A stretch of DNA of 64,000 bases from Alphaproteobacteria bacterium (GTDB lineage Bacteria; Pseudomonadota; Alphaproteobacteria; JAAEOK01), in NCBI GenBank assembly GCA_024244705.1, contig JAAEOK010000033.1, forward strand, positions 20,534 to 84,533, given 5' to 3'. Position 1 is the first letter of the stretch. Each line of letters begins with the position of its first letter. The notes under the pieces were generated by a model. That model searched no databases and was not told where the DNA came from. It worked only from the letters and a program-made list of their open reading frames with translations. This document shows positions 37,266 to 49,028 of this stretch, piece after piece. A program made the position numbers and the translations under genes.

Positions 37266-37985
37266 TCATCCGGAGCGGGCGGCGGGCATCGTCACCCGCC
37301 GCAGGGTGAGGTTGAAGCGACCACCTTCGTCGAGCAACCGGCTGGTCCCCGGGAGGATGCGATCGACGCCGTGGAAATAGTGCCGCGCAGCGCCGTCGAG
37401 AACGACCACCGCACCGCTCGCCAACTTGAACGAACGCGAAGCGCTCTTGCGTGTCGGCCCGCCGATGCGGAACTGTGCGCTGTCGCCGAGGGAGATCGAA
37501 ATCACCGGCGCAGATGTCGCCGCTTCGTCCTGGTCGCGGTGGAGCCCCATCCGCGCCTCCGGCCCATAATAATTGACCAAACACGCCTCGGGCGGAAGCG
37601 AACAACCGGACAGCGCCCGCCAAATCGCCATGACACTGGCGGGGATCCGCGGCCACGGAAGGCCGCTCGCCGGATGGCGGTCGACATAACGATAGCCTGC
37701 GGCCTGGTCGGTGTACCAGCCAAGGGGGCCGCAATTGGTCATCCGCACCGACATCGGTTGGCCGGAACGGGGCACCCGGGGTATGTAGAGCGGCGCCGCC
37801 CGGACAACGGCGCGAATATCGTCCACCATCGCCCGCTGCGCCGTCCGGTCGAGATAGGTCGGATAGACCCGCAGCCCCGACGGGTCGTTGATGCGACCGT
37901 CGGCGCCTTCCGGGTTGGCTTCCACAGCGCGCGCCAAATCGTCGGGAAATTGCGCCGGCACGGGTATCCTCGGGTGGCGAGTCAT
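37266..37985 (-). CDS. alkB: Alpha-ketoglutarate-dependent dioxygenase AlkB-like
   Basis: LVNYYGPEARMGLHRDQDE (HxD), HYFHGV, and C-terminal RFNLTLRRV. Confidence 0.8.
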   Translation of the reverse strand: MTRHPRIPVPAQFPDDLARAVEANPEGADGRINDPSGLRVYPTYLDRTAQRAMVDDIRAVVRAAPLYIPRVPRSGQPMSVRMTNCGPLGWYTDQAAGYRYVDRHPASGLPWPRIPASVMAIWRALSGCSLPPEACLVNYYGPEARMGLHRDQDEAATSAPVISISLGDSAQFRIGGPTRKSASRSFKLASGAVVVLDGAARHYFHGVDRILPGTSRLLDEGGRFNLTLRRVTMPAARSG

Positions 37986-38093
37986 TGGGTGTCGCGGAAA
38001 ATGGTCCAGAGTGGGGGCCGACGCAAGCCCGATCGGCGGTCACGAGGTGCGGAAAAATCTCGGAAAAGCACGTGACAGAAGCGGCCGTGATGC

Positions 38094-38121
38094 CTTGCAC
38101 CCGGTGATTCCCACCCCATAT
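38094..38121 (+). promoter_or_regulatory. RpoH (sigma-32)-type heat-shock promoter of dnaK
   Basis: CTTGCAC (38094-38100), a 13-nt spacer, then CCCCATAT (38114-38121). This is close to the CTTGAAA-N13-15-CCCCATNT consensus. It lies about 130 nt upstream of the dnaK ATG. Confidence 0.7.
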
Positions 38122-38146
38122 GGCTTTGTGAGCATGTAACAAACGT

Positions 38147-38176
38147 GTGATGGGGACGAAATTGGCGTCCCATCAC
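38147..38176 (+). promoter_or_regulatory. Stable stem-loop in the predicted dnaK 5' leader
   Basis: gtgatggggacg (38147-38158) pairs with cgtcccatcac (38166-38176) around a 7-nt loop, with one bulged G. It lies downstream of the RpoH -10 and upstream of the SD. Confidence 0.4.
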
Positions 38177-38250
38177 CGAATAACATTCGTATTTGGGGGC
38201 CGCAAGGGTGCTTGACGGGTCCATGCGGCTCGCCGGAAAGAGAGGAATTA

Positions 38251-40182
<1,932 letters not shown>

Positions 40183-40241
40183 CGCCTTCCCGGGTTCGAG
40201 GGCCGAGGATTGGGGACGCTATACATCCCGACGCGGAATTG

Positions 40242-40269
40242 GGCGGGCCGGTCTATTGATTGGCCCGCC
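40242..40269 (+). terminator. GC-rich hairpin between dnaK and dnaJ (possible partial terminator or attenuator; no U-tract)
   Basis: ggcgggcc (40242-40249) pairs with ggcccgcc (40262-40269) around a 12-nt loop. The following sequence, gctccgtcg, is not T-rich. Confidence 0.25.
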
Positions 40270-40305
40270 GCTCCGTCGCGTCGGATGTAGTCCGGGTGGG
40301 GCGGC

Positions 40306-41454
40306 ATGGCGAAGCGTGACTACTACGAGACGCTCGGCGTCCGGAAGGGCGTGCCGGCCGACGAACTCAAGCGCGCCTTTCGCAAGCTGGCCAAGGATTA
40401 CCATCCCGACCGCAACCCCGGCGATCCGAGCGCCGAGCTGAAATTCAAGGAAATCAACGAAGCCTATGACGTCCTGAAGGACGACGAAAAACGCGCCGCC
40501 TACGACCGTTTCGGCCATGCCGCCTTCGAGGCCGGAGGCATGGGCGGCGGCGGACGCGGCGGCGGCTTCGGCTTCGAGCAGGCCTTCGGCGGCGGTTTCG
40601 CCGACATCTTCGACGAGATGTTCGGCGATCTGACCGGCGGCCGGCGGACGCGGGAGACCCGCGGTCGCGGCTCCGATCTGCGCTACAACATGGAAATCAC
40701 CCTCGAAGACGCCTTCAACGGCACCAAGACTCAGATCCGGGTGCCGACGATGCAGCCCTGCGATTCGTGCGACGGCACCGGGAGCGAAGGCGGAAGCCGT
40801 CCGGTATCGTGCTCGACGTGCGGCGGACGCGGCCGGGTCCGGACCCAGCAAGGCTTCTTCACCATGGAGCGGACCTGCCCGTCCTGCGGCGGCGCCGGGC
40901 AGATGATCGAGAACCCCTGCAGCACCTGCAACGGCGCCGGCCGGATGCAGAAAGAGCGGACGCTTTCGGTGACCATCCCTCAAGGGGTCGATGACGGCAC
41001 CCGCATCCGCCTCGCCGGCGAGGGCGAAGCCGGCCTGCGCGGCGGGCCGGCCGGCGACCTTTATATTTTTCTCCGCATCGCGGCACACAAGATGTTCCAC
41101 CGCGACGGCGCCGACCTCTATTGCCGGGTCCCGATCTCGATGACCCAGGCCGCCCTCGGTGGCACCATCGAAGTGCCGACCGTCGACGGCACACGCGGCC
41201 GGGTCACCATTCCCCACGGCACCCAATCCGGTGGCCGGTTCCGGCTTCGCGGCAAGGGCATGACCGAACTCCACGGCGGCCATCGCGGCGACATGTATGT
41301 CGAGGTCCAGGTCGAGACCCCGGTCAATCTGTCGAAGAAACAGCGCGACCTGTTGCAGGAGTTCGACGACGCCGGCAAGGGCCGCTCGACCAGCCCGCAA
41401 TCGGAGGGCTTCTTCCAGAAGGTCAAGGAGCTGTGGGACGACCTGACCGAGTAG
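40306..41454 (+). CDS. dnaJ: Molecular chaperone DnaJ (Hsp40)
   Basis: J-domain with HPD (YHPDRNPGD), a Gly/Phe-rich linker, and four CxxCxGxG zinc-finger repeats. Confidence 0.97.
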   Translation: MAKRDYYETLGVRKGVPADELKRAFRKLAKDYHPDRNPGDPSAELKFKEINEAYDVLKDDEKRAAYDRFGHAAFEAGGMGGGGRGGGFGFEQAFGGGFADIFDEMFGDLTGGRRTRETRGRGSDLRYNMEITLEDAFNGTKTQIRVPTMQPCDSCDGTGSEGGSRPVSCSTCGGRGRVRTQQGFFTMERTCPSCGGAGQMIENPCSTCNGAGRMQKERTLSVTIPQGVDDGTRIRLAGEGEAGLRGGPAGDLYIFLRIAAHKMFHRDGADLYCRVPISMTQAALGGTIEVPTVDGTRGRVTIPHGTQSGGRFRLRGKGMTELHGGHRGDMYVEVQVETPVNLSKKQRDLLQEFDDAGKGRSTSPQSEGFFQKVKELWDDLTE

Positions 41455-41637
41455 GCGGTCGGCGAATCCTATACGGCGGAATTTCTTGAGCCCCTACCCG
41501 CGGACCTTCCCGGGTGGACAGCGTCGCCCCGATTTGCGAGGAATGGATCGGCGCGGCCATGATGAAAAACTCCTGGGTCGGGATCATGCGTCCGGCCTTT
41601 CGTGCGTCGCCGAATCAGCAGGAGAACCGGCCGCGTC

Positions 41638-42807
41638 ATGGCAACCGGAAACATCGTATTCATCGGGCACCCTCCCTTCATCGAGGGTGGTTCCGGTCCG
41701 CTCGCCGATCAATCGCTGACCAACCTGCGCTCCGCCGGCCATCGCGTGCGGGCGATCTGCGCCATGTTTCCGGGCAAGGCCAAGTGGCGCGACGCGTTCG
41801 CGCGGCTCTATCCCGAAGTTCCAGTGGTCTGGTATGACATGCCGCCGCTCGGCGATCCTTTCGCCGCGGCGCCGGTCGACGTTGTCGAAACCCAGCTGCG
41901 CGGAGTGAGGCCAGCGTTGACGGCGATGGTCGCCGAGGACAAGGCGGACCTCGTTTACCTGAACCGGGAATCCCTGACGTGGGGCACGCCCACGGTGGCA
42001 CGCGCGCTTGGCCTGCGCGTGCTGGCATCCATGCACGGCACCTCGCTGGCCAGCAGTGGCGGCACCTTTAACGGCCACGACGGGCGGGCGCGGCTCGCCC
42101 GTTTTGGGCGGGTGGACCTCGTCGCCTGTTGCGCCGAACACTTGACCAGAACGGTGCGCGAAGCCGGCCTCAGCAATGCCGAAACTTTGCTAAACGGGGT
42201 CGATACCAAACTTTTCCGTCCCCGCCAACGGCCGCCGGATATGGCCGACCGGCTCGGGGTGACGGCGACCGATATCGTGGTTCTCCATGCCTCGAATCTA
42301 AGATCGATCAAGCGGCCGCTCGATCTGGTGCGGGGTTTTGCCCGTGCTTTCGGCGGCGACCGGCGCCTGTTTCTTGTGATCGCCGGTGATGGCGACTTGC
42401 GGGATAAGATCGAAATCGAAGCGAGCCGGCTCGGGGTTCGGGACCGCGTCGCCATGATCGGCTGGATTCCCCACGATGACATGCACGACTGTTACGCGCT
42501 CGCCGACTTTTCCGTGCAGACCTCGACGTCCGAAGGTCTGTCGATGGCGTGCCTGGAGAGTATGGCAAGCGGCCGGCCGGTGATCGCGACCGACATTCCG
42601 GGCTCGCGCGAGTTGATCACCGACGGGGAAGATGGCTTGCTGTTCCCGACCGGCGACATCGAAGCGCTCGCCGGGGCGATCCTTGAAATGGCACAACCCA
42701 AGCGCCGTCGGCCGATGGCCGATGCGGGTCGGCATAAGGTCGAGCTGCATTTCAGCGCCGAGATCTTGGCCCGTCGCCAGCTCGAGATTGTCGACCAGTT
42801 GCTGTGA
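41638..42807 (+). CDS. Family 4 (GT-B) glycosyltransferase
   Basis: C-terminal EGLSMACLESMASGRPVIATDIPGSRELI (E-x7-E region). Start at ATG 41638, downstream of AGGAGA. Confidence 0.8.
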   Translation: MATGNIVFIGHPPFIEGGSGPLADQSLTNLRSAGHRVRAICAMFPGKAKWRDAFARLYPEVPVVWYDMPPLGDPFAAAPVDVVETQLRGVRPALTAMVAEDKADLVYLNRESLTWGTPTVARALGLRVLASMHGTSLASSGGTFNGHDGRARLARFGRVDLVACCAEHLTRTVREAGLSNAETLLNGVDTKLFRPRQRPPDMADRLGVTATDIVVLHASNLRSIKRPLDLVRGFARAFGGDRRLFLVIAGDGDLRDKIEIEASRLGVRDRVAMIGWIPHDDMHDCYALADFSVQTSTSEGLSMACLESMASGRPVIATDIPGSRELITDGEDGLLFPTGDIEALAGAILEMAQPKRRRPMADAGRHKVELHFSAEILARRQLEIVDQLL

Positions 42808-42891
42808 CCTCCCGACGAGCGATGACCGCACTGCCGGTAACCAGTTAGTGAAACGACTCGCGGCCGCTCGTCGTGATACAGTTTGCGCCTC

Positions 42892-43098
42892 ATGACGGAA
42901 CGAATCGCCTACGCAATCCTGATCGGACTGGCCGTGATCTGGCTGGTGGCGATAATCGCCGGGTCGATCGCGGCGTGGCCTTATGGCGTCCTCGGACTGC
43001 TCGCGCTGCTGGCGGTCGGCCTGTTGTTCGTCAAGGTCGTGCGCGAACGACTGGCGAGCCGCGAGGACGACTATTATTCGAAGAACGTCGATAAGTAG
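42892..43098 (+). CDS. Small two-TM membrane protein
   Basis: MTERIAYAILIGLAVIWLVAIIAGSIAAWPYGVLGLLALLAVGLLFV followed by a charged tail. Immediately precedes the ybjQ-like gene. Confidence 0.5.
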   Translation: MTERIAYAILIGLAVIWLVAIIAGSIAAWPYGVLGLLALLAVGLLFVKVVRERLASREDDYYSKNVDK

Positions 43099-43101
43099 GG
43101 G

Positions 43102-43443
43102 GTGGCAATACGGATAACCACGCAGGACGAATTCGCCGATTACGAGGTCGTCGAGACCCTCGGCATCGTCAAGGGCAACACCATCCGCGCCCGCCATATC
43201 GGCAAGGATATCCTCGCCGGCCTGCGCCAGATCGTCGGCGGTGAGATTACCGAATACACCAAGATGCTGGCTGAATCGCGCGAGCAATCGATCGACCGCA
43301 TGCTCGAGGAGGCGGCCGCGCTCGGCGCCGACGGCATCGTCTGCCTGCGCTTTACGACCGCGGCGGTAATGCAGGGAACGGCGGAACTGCTCGCCTACGG
43401 CACGGCGGTCAAGCTGCGGCCGAGGGAACCGCGCAGCGGCTGA
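43102..43443 (+). CDS. YbjQ family protein (UPF0145)
   Basis: GIVKGNTIRARHIGKDILAGLRQIVGGEI...YGTAV is typical of the YbjQ family. GTG start. Confidence 0.8.
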   Translation: MAIRITTQDEFADYEVVETLGIVKGNTIRARHIGKDILAGLRQIVGGEITEYTKMLAESREQSIDRMLEEAAALGADGIVCLRFTTAAVMQGTAELLAYGTAVKLRPREPRSG

Positions 43444-43604
43444 ATTCGCGATGCTGCCGTGGCGGCGCGGCGATCGTTCGGCTTGGCGGTTCGCCCCATT
43501 GTCCCTTATTCTCCATTCCGTCGGGGTCGGCGGCGTAACAGCGGCGCCGGCCTGGGGTTGGTGTCGTCGTATCCGCACACGCGTTCGCAACGGAGGATAA
43601 CCCC

Positions 43605-44657
43605 ATGGTCGATGTCTTCTTCGCCACCAACCGCGACTTCACCGGTACCGCAAACAAACCCGAGTTCGGCAACCGCTTCCACGAGAAGGGTCCCTACTAT
43701 CTGCGCTACGGCAAGGCGGTGGTCGACCGCCCCAAGGCCCAGGGCAAGGATTACACCGTGCGGTCGGTGCGGCTGGCCAAGGAAAAAATCGTCAAGGACG
43801 AAGAGAAACGGGTGCTCGGCAGCGACGAGATCTTCGAAACCGTGCGCGAGCGCATGGCCTCCGGCAAGAGCGATACCATCGTTCTGATTCACGGCTATGC
43901 CTCGACCTTCGAGGACGCGCTGGCGCGCGGCGCGGAGATCAAGGATCGCTATCAGTACGACGATAACGAGCCCAATGTGTTCGTCTTCTCATGGCCCGCC
44001 AATGGCGAGATGGTGCCGATGATTTCATATCTCAGCGACCGCCAGGACGCGCGCGCGTCGGGCGTCGCGGTGGCGCGCTCCATCCTCCGTCTGCGCGAGT
44101 ACCTGACCGCACTCGATCGCAGTGACTATTGCCGCCATTCGCTGCATCTCGTCGCCCACTCGATGGGTAACTTCGCCCTCCGTCACGCGGTCCAGGGTTT
44201 GCGCGGCGAGCTCGGTTGGGGCGACCTGCCGCGGATGTTCGACAACGTCTTCCTGATGGCCGCCGACGAGGACAACGACACCTTCGAGCACGACTACAAG
44301 CTGCGCCAGCTGCCCAACCTGGCGCGCGCCGTCCACATCTACTATTCGCCCGACGACCAGGCGCTGACGATCAGCGACGTGACCAAGAACAACCCCGATC
44401 GCCTCGGCTCAGAGGGCCCGCGGCTGAAGGACAATTTGCCGCGCAAGGTCACGCTCGTCGACTGCCGCAGCGTCGACACGACCAGCCTCGGCCATGCCAA
44501 GCACCAGTATTATCGCGCCCGCGAAGAGGTGTGGGAGGACGTGCGGCAGGTGCTCGCCGACAAGCTGCCGGGCCAGATCGACGGCCGCGAATATTTGGCC
44601 GACGAACGCGCCTACCGCATCCTGTCGTTCAAGGAACGCCGCGCCGCCGGCGGCTGA
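43605..44657 (+). CDS. Alpha/beta hydrolase, DUF900-type
   Basis: VFFATNR N-terminus, LIHGYAS, and the nucleophile elbow AHSMG. GGAGGA SD upstream. Confidence 0.7.
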   Translation: MVDVFFATNRDFTGTANKPEFGNRFHEKGPYYLRYGKAVVDRPKAQGKDYTVRSVRLAKEKIVKDEEKRVLGSDEIFETVRERMASGKSDTIVLIHGYASTFEDALARGAEIKDRYQYDDNEPNVFVFSWPANGEMVPMISYLSDRQDARASGVAVARSILRLREYLTALDRSDYCRHSLHLVAHSMGNFALRHAVQGLRGELGWGDLPRMFDNVFLMAADEDNDTFEHDYKLRQLPNLARAVHIYYSPDDQALTISDVTKNNPDRLGSEGPRLKDNLPRKVTLVDCRSVDTTSLGHAKHQYYRAREEVWEDVRQVLADKLPGQIDGREYLADERAYRILSFKERRAAGG

Positions 44658-44710
44658 ATGTGGAGCGGACCAGCGGGTGCGCACGGCCCTTTCCTCAGCA
44701 TCATATCGAC

Positions 44711-45361
44711 CTAAACCTGCACCGGCAGATAGTCGTCGCGCCACTTGAGGACGATGTTGAAGCTGATGCTGATGCGCGGCGACCGCGACAGGTTGGGATG
44801 GACGAAGTGATTGAGGAAGGCCGGCCACAGCAGGACCAGGCCGGGCTCGGGATCGACCGTATACTCGGCCTCGATATAGGGGTCGCCCTTGATCGCCGTC
44901 ATGTTGGCCGCCGCGCCGCGCGGATCGTGGAAGGTTATCCGTCCCGGCCGCACGTCGGCACGGGTCTCCAGCGGCTCTTGCTCGTCGGGAACCGCGACGT
45001 AATAGGTTCCGCTGAGATAGGCATGGGGATGGTTGTGGAGGTCGTGGTAATCGCCGAAGCGGTTGACGTTGGGCCAGCCCTGGATTGTCCAGTCGATGGC
45101 GTAGGTCATGCCGCAGCGGGCGAAATAGTCGCCCACCGTCTTGTTGACGCATTGGCGTAGCCAATCGACCGCGGGATGGTCTATGGCCATGAAGTTGTCG
45201 GCGAGATAATCGGTGGTGAGGTCCTGGCGAGCGCCATCGAGCTCGAGGATCAGCGCGCCCAGCACCTGGTTCGCCGCCTCGTGGCCAGGCAACCGGCGGT
45301 GCATCATCGTCGTCGGCCAAAGGTCGACAAAGCCATCCGTGTCGGGCCTGCGGTCGGTCAT
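44711..45361 (-). CDS. 2OG-Fe(II) oxygenase-like protein (TIGR02466-type)
   Basis: Only the last 216 codons of ORF 44711..46696 look real (ATG 45361, MTDRRPDTDGFVDLWPT...). They contain HNHPHAYLSGTYYV and LWPAFLNHFVHPN. The upstream 445 codons are antisense to the PNPOx and dapB genes. Confidence 0.65.
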   Translation of the reverse strand: MTDRRPDTDGFVDLWPTTMMHRRLPGHEAANQVLGALILELDGARQDLTTDYLADNFMAIDHPAVDWLRQCVNKTVGDYFARCGMTYAIDWTIQGWPNVNRFGDYHDLHNHPHAYLSGTYYVAVPDEQEPLETRADVRPGRITFHDPRGAAANMTAIKGDPYIEAEYTVDPEPGLVLLWPAFLNHFVHPNLSRSPRISISFNIVLKWRDDYLPVQV

Positions 45362-45475
45362 GGGTCGCTCACACGTTTCCGCTTCCAATGAACAGGAAGG
45401 CCCATAATACGTTGCCCCGCGATCGAAATCGGCGCAAATTTCCGTCCACTCCGAATTGTGCGAAAGAGGCCGGTG

Positions 45476-45949
45476 ATGGGCATTTTGACCGACGACATGA
45501 AACGCGTGATCACCGAGCAGCGGCTCGGCTTCGTCGCCACGATCTGCCAAGACGGGTCCCCCAACCTGTCGCCCAAGGGGACGATGACGGTGCTCGACGA
45601 CGACACCATCCTGTTCTCGAATTTGCGCTCGCCGGCGACGATCGCCAACCTCGCCGCCAACCCGGCGATCGAGATCAACTTCGTCGATCCGCTGGCTCGC
45701 AAGGGTTACCGCTTCAAGGGCGAGGCCGCCTATATCGCGCGCGGCACGGCCGTGTTCGACGAGCTGCTGCTTCACTTCGAGCCATGGGGCGATCTGACCC
45801 CGAATATGCAGGGGATCGTCAAGGTCGCGGTCATGCGGGCGCTGCCGATCACCTCGCCGGCCTACGACGTCGGTGCCACCGAGGCCGAATTGAAGCGGCA
45901 CTGGCTCGGCCATTTCGAGAGCTTGGCGGCCGCCCCCGCGATCGAGTAG
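45476..45949 (+). CDS. Pyridoxamine 5'-phosphate oxidase family (FMN-binding split barrel) protein
   Basis: QRLGFVATICQDGSPNLSPKG...AIEINFVDPLARKGYRFKG. AAGAGG SD upstream of ATG 45476. Confidence 0.75.
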   Translation: MGILTDDMKRVITEQRLGFVATICQDGSPNLSPKGTMTVLDDDTILFSNLRSPATIANLAANPAIEINFVDPLARKGYRFKGEAAYIARGTAVFDELLLHFEPWGDLTPNMQGIVKVAVMRALPITSPAYDVGATEAELKRHWLGHFESLAAAPAIE

Positions 45950-45997
45950 AACGGCGGGCGGGCAATCGCTGGAGGAACTGATTTTGGGGGCAACGAG

Positions 45998-46804
45998 ATG
46001 ACCGAATCCAGGATCGGGATCGTCGGCTGCGCCGGCCGCATGGGCCGGATGCTGGCGCGCGAGGTCGCGGCGGCGGCGGATTGCGTCCTCGCCGGCGGCA
46101 CCGAGACGCCGGGAAGCGCCGCGGTCGGCAAGGACATGGCGGCGCTGGCCGGGCTCGAACCGATCGGCGTCGTGGTCGGCGACGACCCGGTCGACCTGTT
46201 CGCCGCCGTCGACGTGGTGATCGATTTCACCGTCCCGGCGGCGACCGTGCGCCATGCCGCGTTGGCGGCGCAGGCGCCCTGCGCCCTGGTCATCGGCACC
46301 ACCGGATTGGACAATGCGGCACAAGACAAGGTGGCCGCCGCGGCCCGCCATGCGCCGATCGTGATGGCCGGCAATATGAGCGTCGGGGTCAACTTGCTGG
46401 TCGATCTGGTGCGCCAGGTGGCCGGCGTTCTCGGTCCCGGCTACGACATCGAAGTGGTCGAGATGCATCACCGCAACAAGGTCGATGCGCCCTCCGGCAC
46501 CGCGCTCATGCTCGGTCGCGCCGCCGCCGAAGGCCGCGGTGCCGATCTCGAGGCGGTGGCGCGCATGGCGCGTCAGGGTCAGGTCGGGCCCCGGCCCGAA
46601 GGCGAGATCGGTTTCGCCACACTGCGCGGCGGCGACGTGGTCGGCGAACACCAGGTCATCTTCGCCGGCGACGGCGAACGCGTCGTGCTCGGCCATATCG
46701 CGTCCGATCGCCGGCTGTTCGCCAAAGGCGCGGTGCGGGCCGCGTTGTGGGCGCGGGGCCAGGCCCCGGGGCTCTATTCGATGGTCGATGTCCTCGGGCT
46801 ATAG
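45998..46804 (+). CDS. dapB: 4-hydroxy-tetrahydrodipicolinate reductase
   Basis: IGIVGCAGRMGR and EVVEMHHRNKVDAPSGTAL blocks. Confidence 0.93.
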   Translation: MTESRIGIVGCAGRMGRMLAREVAAAADCVLAGGTETPGSAAVGKDMAALAGLEPIGVVVGDDPVDLFAAVDVVIDFTVPAATVRHAALAAQAPCALVIGTTGLDNAAQDKVAAAARHAPIVMAGNMSVGVNLLVDLVRQVAGVLGPGYDIEVVEMHHRNKVDAPSGTALMLGRAAAEGRGADLEAVARMARQGQVGPRPEGEIGFATLRGGDVVGEHQVIFAGDGERVVLGHIASDRRLFAKGAVRAALWARGQAPGLYSMVDVLGL

Positions 46805-47731
46805 CCCCTTGGTGCCGTCCTTCCGAGCGGTCGAGACACCGCGCCGGCCAATTCCTGTTCCCCAACGCACGACGGCGATACCGGTCAGGATCAGGACCAG
46901 GGCGGCGAGCGTCTTCCAGCCGAGTCGCTCGGACAGGATCAGCCACCCCCAGAACACGCCCATCACCGGGACGATGAAATTCACCAGCGACAAGAACGAC
47001 GGCCCGGCCAGCGACATGATGCGGAAGAACAGGACATTGCCCGCCGCCGTGCTGATCAGCCCGAGGGCGAGCAACGCGGCCAGGGATCGGGTATCCGGCG
47101 TGAGAGTCCAAGGTTGGTCGACGATCAGGCTCGCCGGCACCGCCCACAGCGACGCGCCGATCATCGCCGCCGCCCCGTTGGCCGCCGGCGGCAGATGACG
47201 GATGCGGCTGGCGAAGATATTGACCAGAGCATAGCTGAACGCGGCGCCCAAGACGGTGAGTTGACCAATGAATTGCGCGCCCAGCCCGCCAAGCGCGTCG
47301 ACCCCGACCAGAACGACGATACCGCTCAAGCCGATAGAAATTCCCGCCAGCTTTGCGACGGTGGTGCGTTCGCCGGGCACGAAATAATGCGCCATCACCA
47401 GGGTGAACAAAGGGACGCCGGCCATCAGGATGGCGGCCACGCCGCTGTCGATGTGGATCTCTCCATAACCGATCAAGGCGAACGGCAGTGTGTTGCCGAA
47501 GAACCCGATCGCCAAGTAGATGCTCCAACCGCGGAGCGAATCGGGCAGCCGCTGACCGAGCGCGCGGGCGAGCGCCGCCAGGCACACGGCCGCGATCGCC
47601 AACCGGACGGCGGCAATGGTCAGCGGCGGTACGGTGTCGACCGAGATCTTGATCAGCAGGAACGATCCGCCCCAGACGGTCCCCAGCAGCAAGAGCAGAA
47701 GAATATCGCGAAACTCGCCGTGCCGCGTCAT
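46799..47731 (-). CDS. EamA/DMT family transporter
   Basis: 10-TM DMT layout. Convergent with dapB, overlapping it by 6 nt. Confidence 0.8.
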   Translation of the reverse strand: MTRHGEFRDILLLLLLGTVWGGSFLLIKISVDTVPPLTIAAVRLAIAAVCLAALARALGQRLPDSLRGWSIYLAIGFFGNTLPFALIGYGEIHIDSGVAAILMAGVPLFTLVMAHYFVPGERTTVAKLAGISIGLSGIVVLVGVDALGGLGAQFIGQLTVLGAAFSYALVNIFASRIRHLPPAANGAAAMIGASLWAVPASLIVDQPWTLTPDTRSLAALLALGLISTAAGNVLFFRIMSLAGPSFLSLVNFIVPVMGVFWGWLILSERLGWKTLAALVLILTGIAVVRWGTGIGRRGVSTARKDGTKGL

Positions 47732-47773
47732 CGCATGCCCGCTAGTTGCAGTGCCGAATAAAAAGCTAAGCGT

Positions 47774-48280
47774 TCAGGCCGGGCCGCGCGCCCGGCGCAG
47801 CGCCGTTTCGAGCGCGTCGGCGAGGTCGGCCCGTTCTTCGGGCGTAAGGAAGGAGCCGATGGCGACATGATCCTCGCGCGACGATACGACGAGCCGGCTA
47901 TGATGCTGATCCGGGTCATTGAGGTTGACGCGCAGCCAATGGGGCTTGAACGACCAGGTCTTGACGCCGCCGCCCGGGAAGACCCGCCGCACGATCAGCT
48001 GATCGCGGGTCAATCGCACGGTCTCATAGAGGCGGCCGCTGCGGTAGCTCGCCTTGAAGGCCCAATAGACGAGGAGCACGTCGAGACCGAAGAATCCCAC
48101 CACCGGCCACGCCCCCTGCAGCAGGAAGGCGAGCCCGGCGGTAAAGCTAATCGCGGCGACCGAGCCCATGACCAACCAGAAGCCGAGCGGGCTCAGGCTG
48201 CGGTGGGGCGTTAATACGGCGTCGAAGAGCGTCACCGCGAGCCTGCTCGGCCCATCATCGAGTTGGTTTCGCTGATCCAT
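47774..48280 (-). CDS. DUF2244 integral membrane protein
   Basis: Two TM helices followed by the FKPHWLRV...SRLVVSSREDHVAIGSFLTPEER pattern typical of DUF2244. ATG 48280 is preferred over the TTG at 48301. Confidence 0.65.
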   Translation of the reverse strand: MDQRNQLDDGPSRLAVTLFDAVLTPHRSLSPLGFWLVMGSVAAISFTAGLAFLLQGAWPVVGFFGLDVLLVYWAFKASYRSGRLYETVRLTRDQLIVRRVFPGGGVKTWSFKPHWLRVNLNDPDQHHSRLVVSSREDHVAIGSFLTPEERADLADALETALRRARGPA

Positions 48281-48389
48281 GGCGCGATCATCATATACCA
48301 AGTGACATCGAGATTGGGCGACTCTCCCTCAACGCGTGGCCCCCGCACCACCATTTGCGGGCACGCGCCGGCGCGCTACAGTGGCGGCC

Positions 48390-49028
48390 ATGAGAAAAGC
48401 CGATGTCGAGGAATTCTTTCGCCGCCTGTCGGCGGAGCGGCCGGCGCCCAGCGGCGAGCTCGAGCACATCAATCCCTATACGTTGCTGGTCGCCGTCGTC
48501 CTCTCGGCCCAAGCCACGGACAAGGGCGTCAACAAGGCGACCGGGCCGCTGTTCAAGGCCGCCGACACGCCGCAGCAGATGGTGGCGCTCGGCGAGGCGC
48601 GGTTGCGCGACTATATCAAGACCATCGGCCTCCATAATTCGAAGGCCAAGAATGTCATCAAGCTCAGCGAGATCCTGCTCAACGATCATGGCGGCATCGT
48701 ACCCCGGGATCGCGAGGCGCTGGAGAAGCTGCCGGGGGTCGGGCGCAAGACCGCGAACGTGGTTCTCAACATCGCCTTCGGCCAGCCGACGATCGCCGTC
48801 GATACCCACATCTTCCGGGTCGGTAACCGCACCGGATTGGCCCCCGGCAAGACGCCGCTCGAGGTCGAGATGAAGCTCGAGCGGGCGGTCCCGGAGCACT
48901 ACAAGCTCCACGCCCACCACTGGCTCATCCTCCATGGCCGCTACGTCTGCAAGGCGCGCAAGCCCGACTGTCCGCGCTGCGTCGTCCGCGACCTCTGCCG
49001 ATTCAAGGGCAAGACCACGCTCGAATGA
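48390..49028 (+). CDS. nth: Endonuclease III
   Basis: HhH-GPD LPGVGRKTANVVL and the 4Fe-4S loop CKARKPDCPRCVVRDLC. Start at ATG 48390. Confidence 0.93.
   Translation: MRKADVEEFFRRLSAERPAPSGELEHINPYTLLVAVVLSAQATDKGVNKATGPLFKAADTPQQMVALGEARLRDYIKTIGLHNSKAKNVIKLSEILLNDHGGIVPRDREALEKLPGVGRKTANVVLNIAFGQPTIAVDTHIFRVGNRTGLAPGKTPLEVEMKLERAVPEHYKLHAHHWLILHGRYVCKARKPDCPRCVVRDLCRFKGKTTLE

Noticed and set aside
34878-38250. CIRCE element (TTAGCACTC-N9-GAGTGCTAA) upstream of hrcA-grpE or dnaK
   Set aside because: I read both upstream regions and found no match. In Alphaproteobacteria CIRCE is usually at groESL, which is not in this window.
40219-43590. ORFs 40219..41400(-) and 42298..43590(-)
   Set aside because: They are antisense to dnaJ and to the GT4, small-membrane-protein and ybjQ genes. 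The products are low-complexity Ala/Gly/Arg-rich.
45362-46696. N-terminal 445 codons of the 661-aa ORF 44711..46696(-)
   Set aside because: They are antisense to the PNPOx-family gene and dapB. Only the final 216 codons (from ATG 45361) form a coherent 2OG-oxygenase-like protein.
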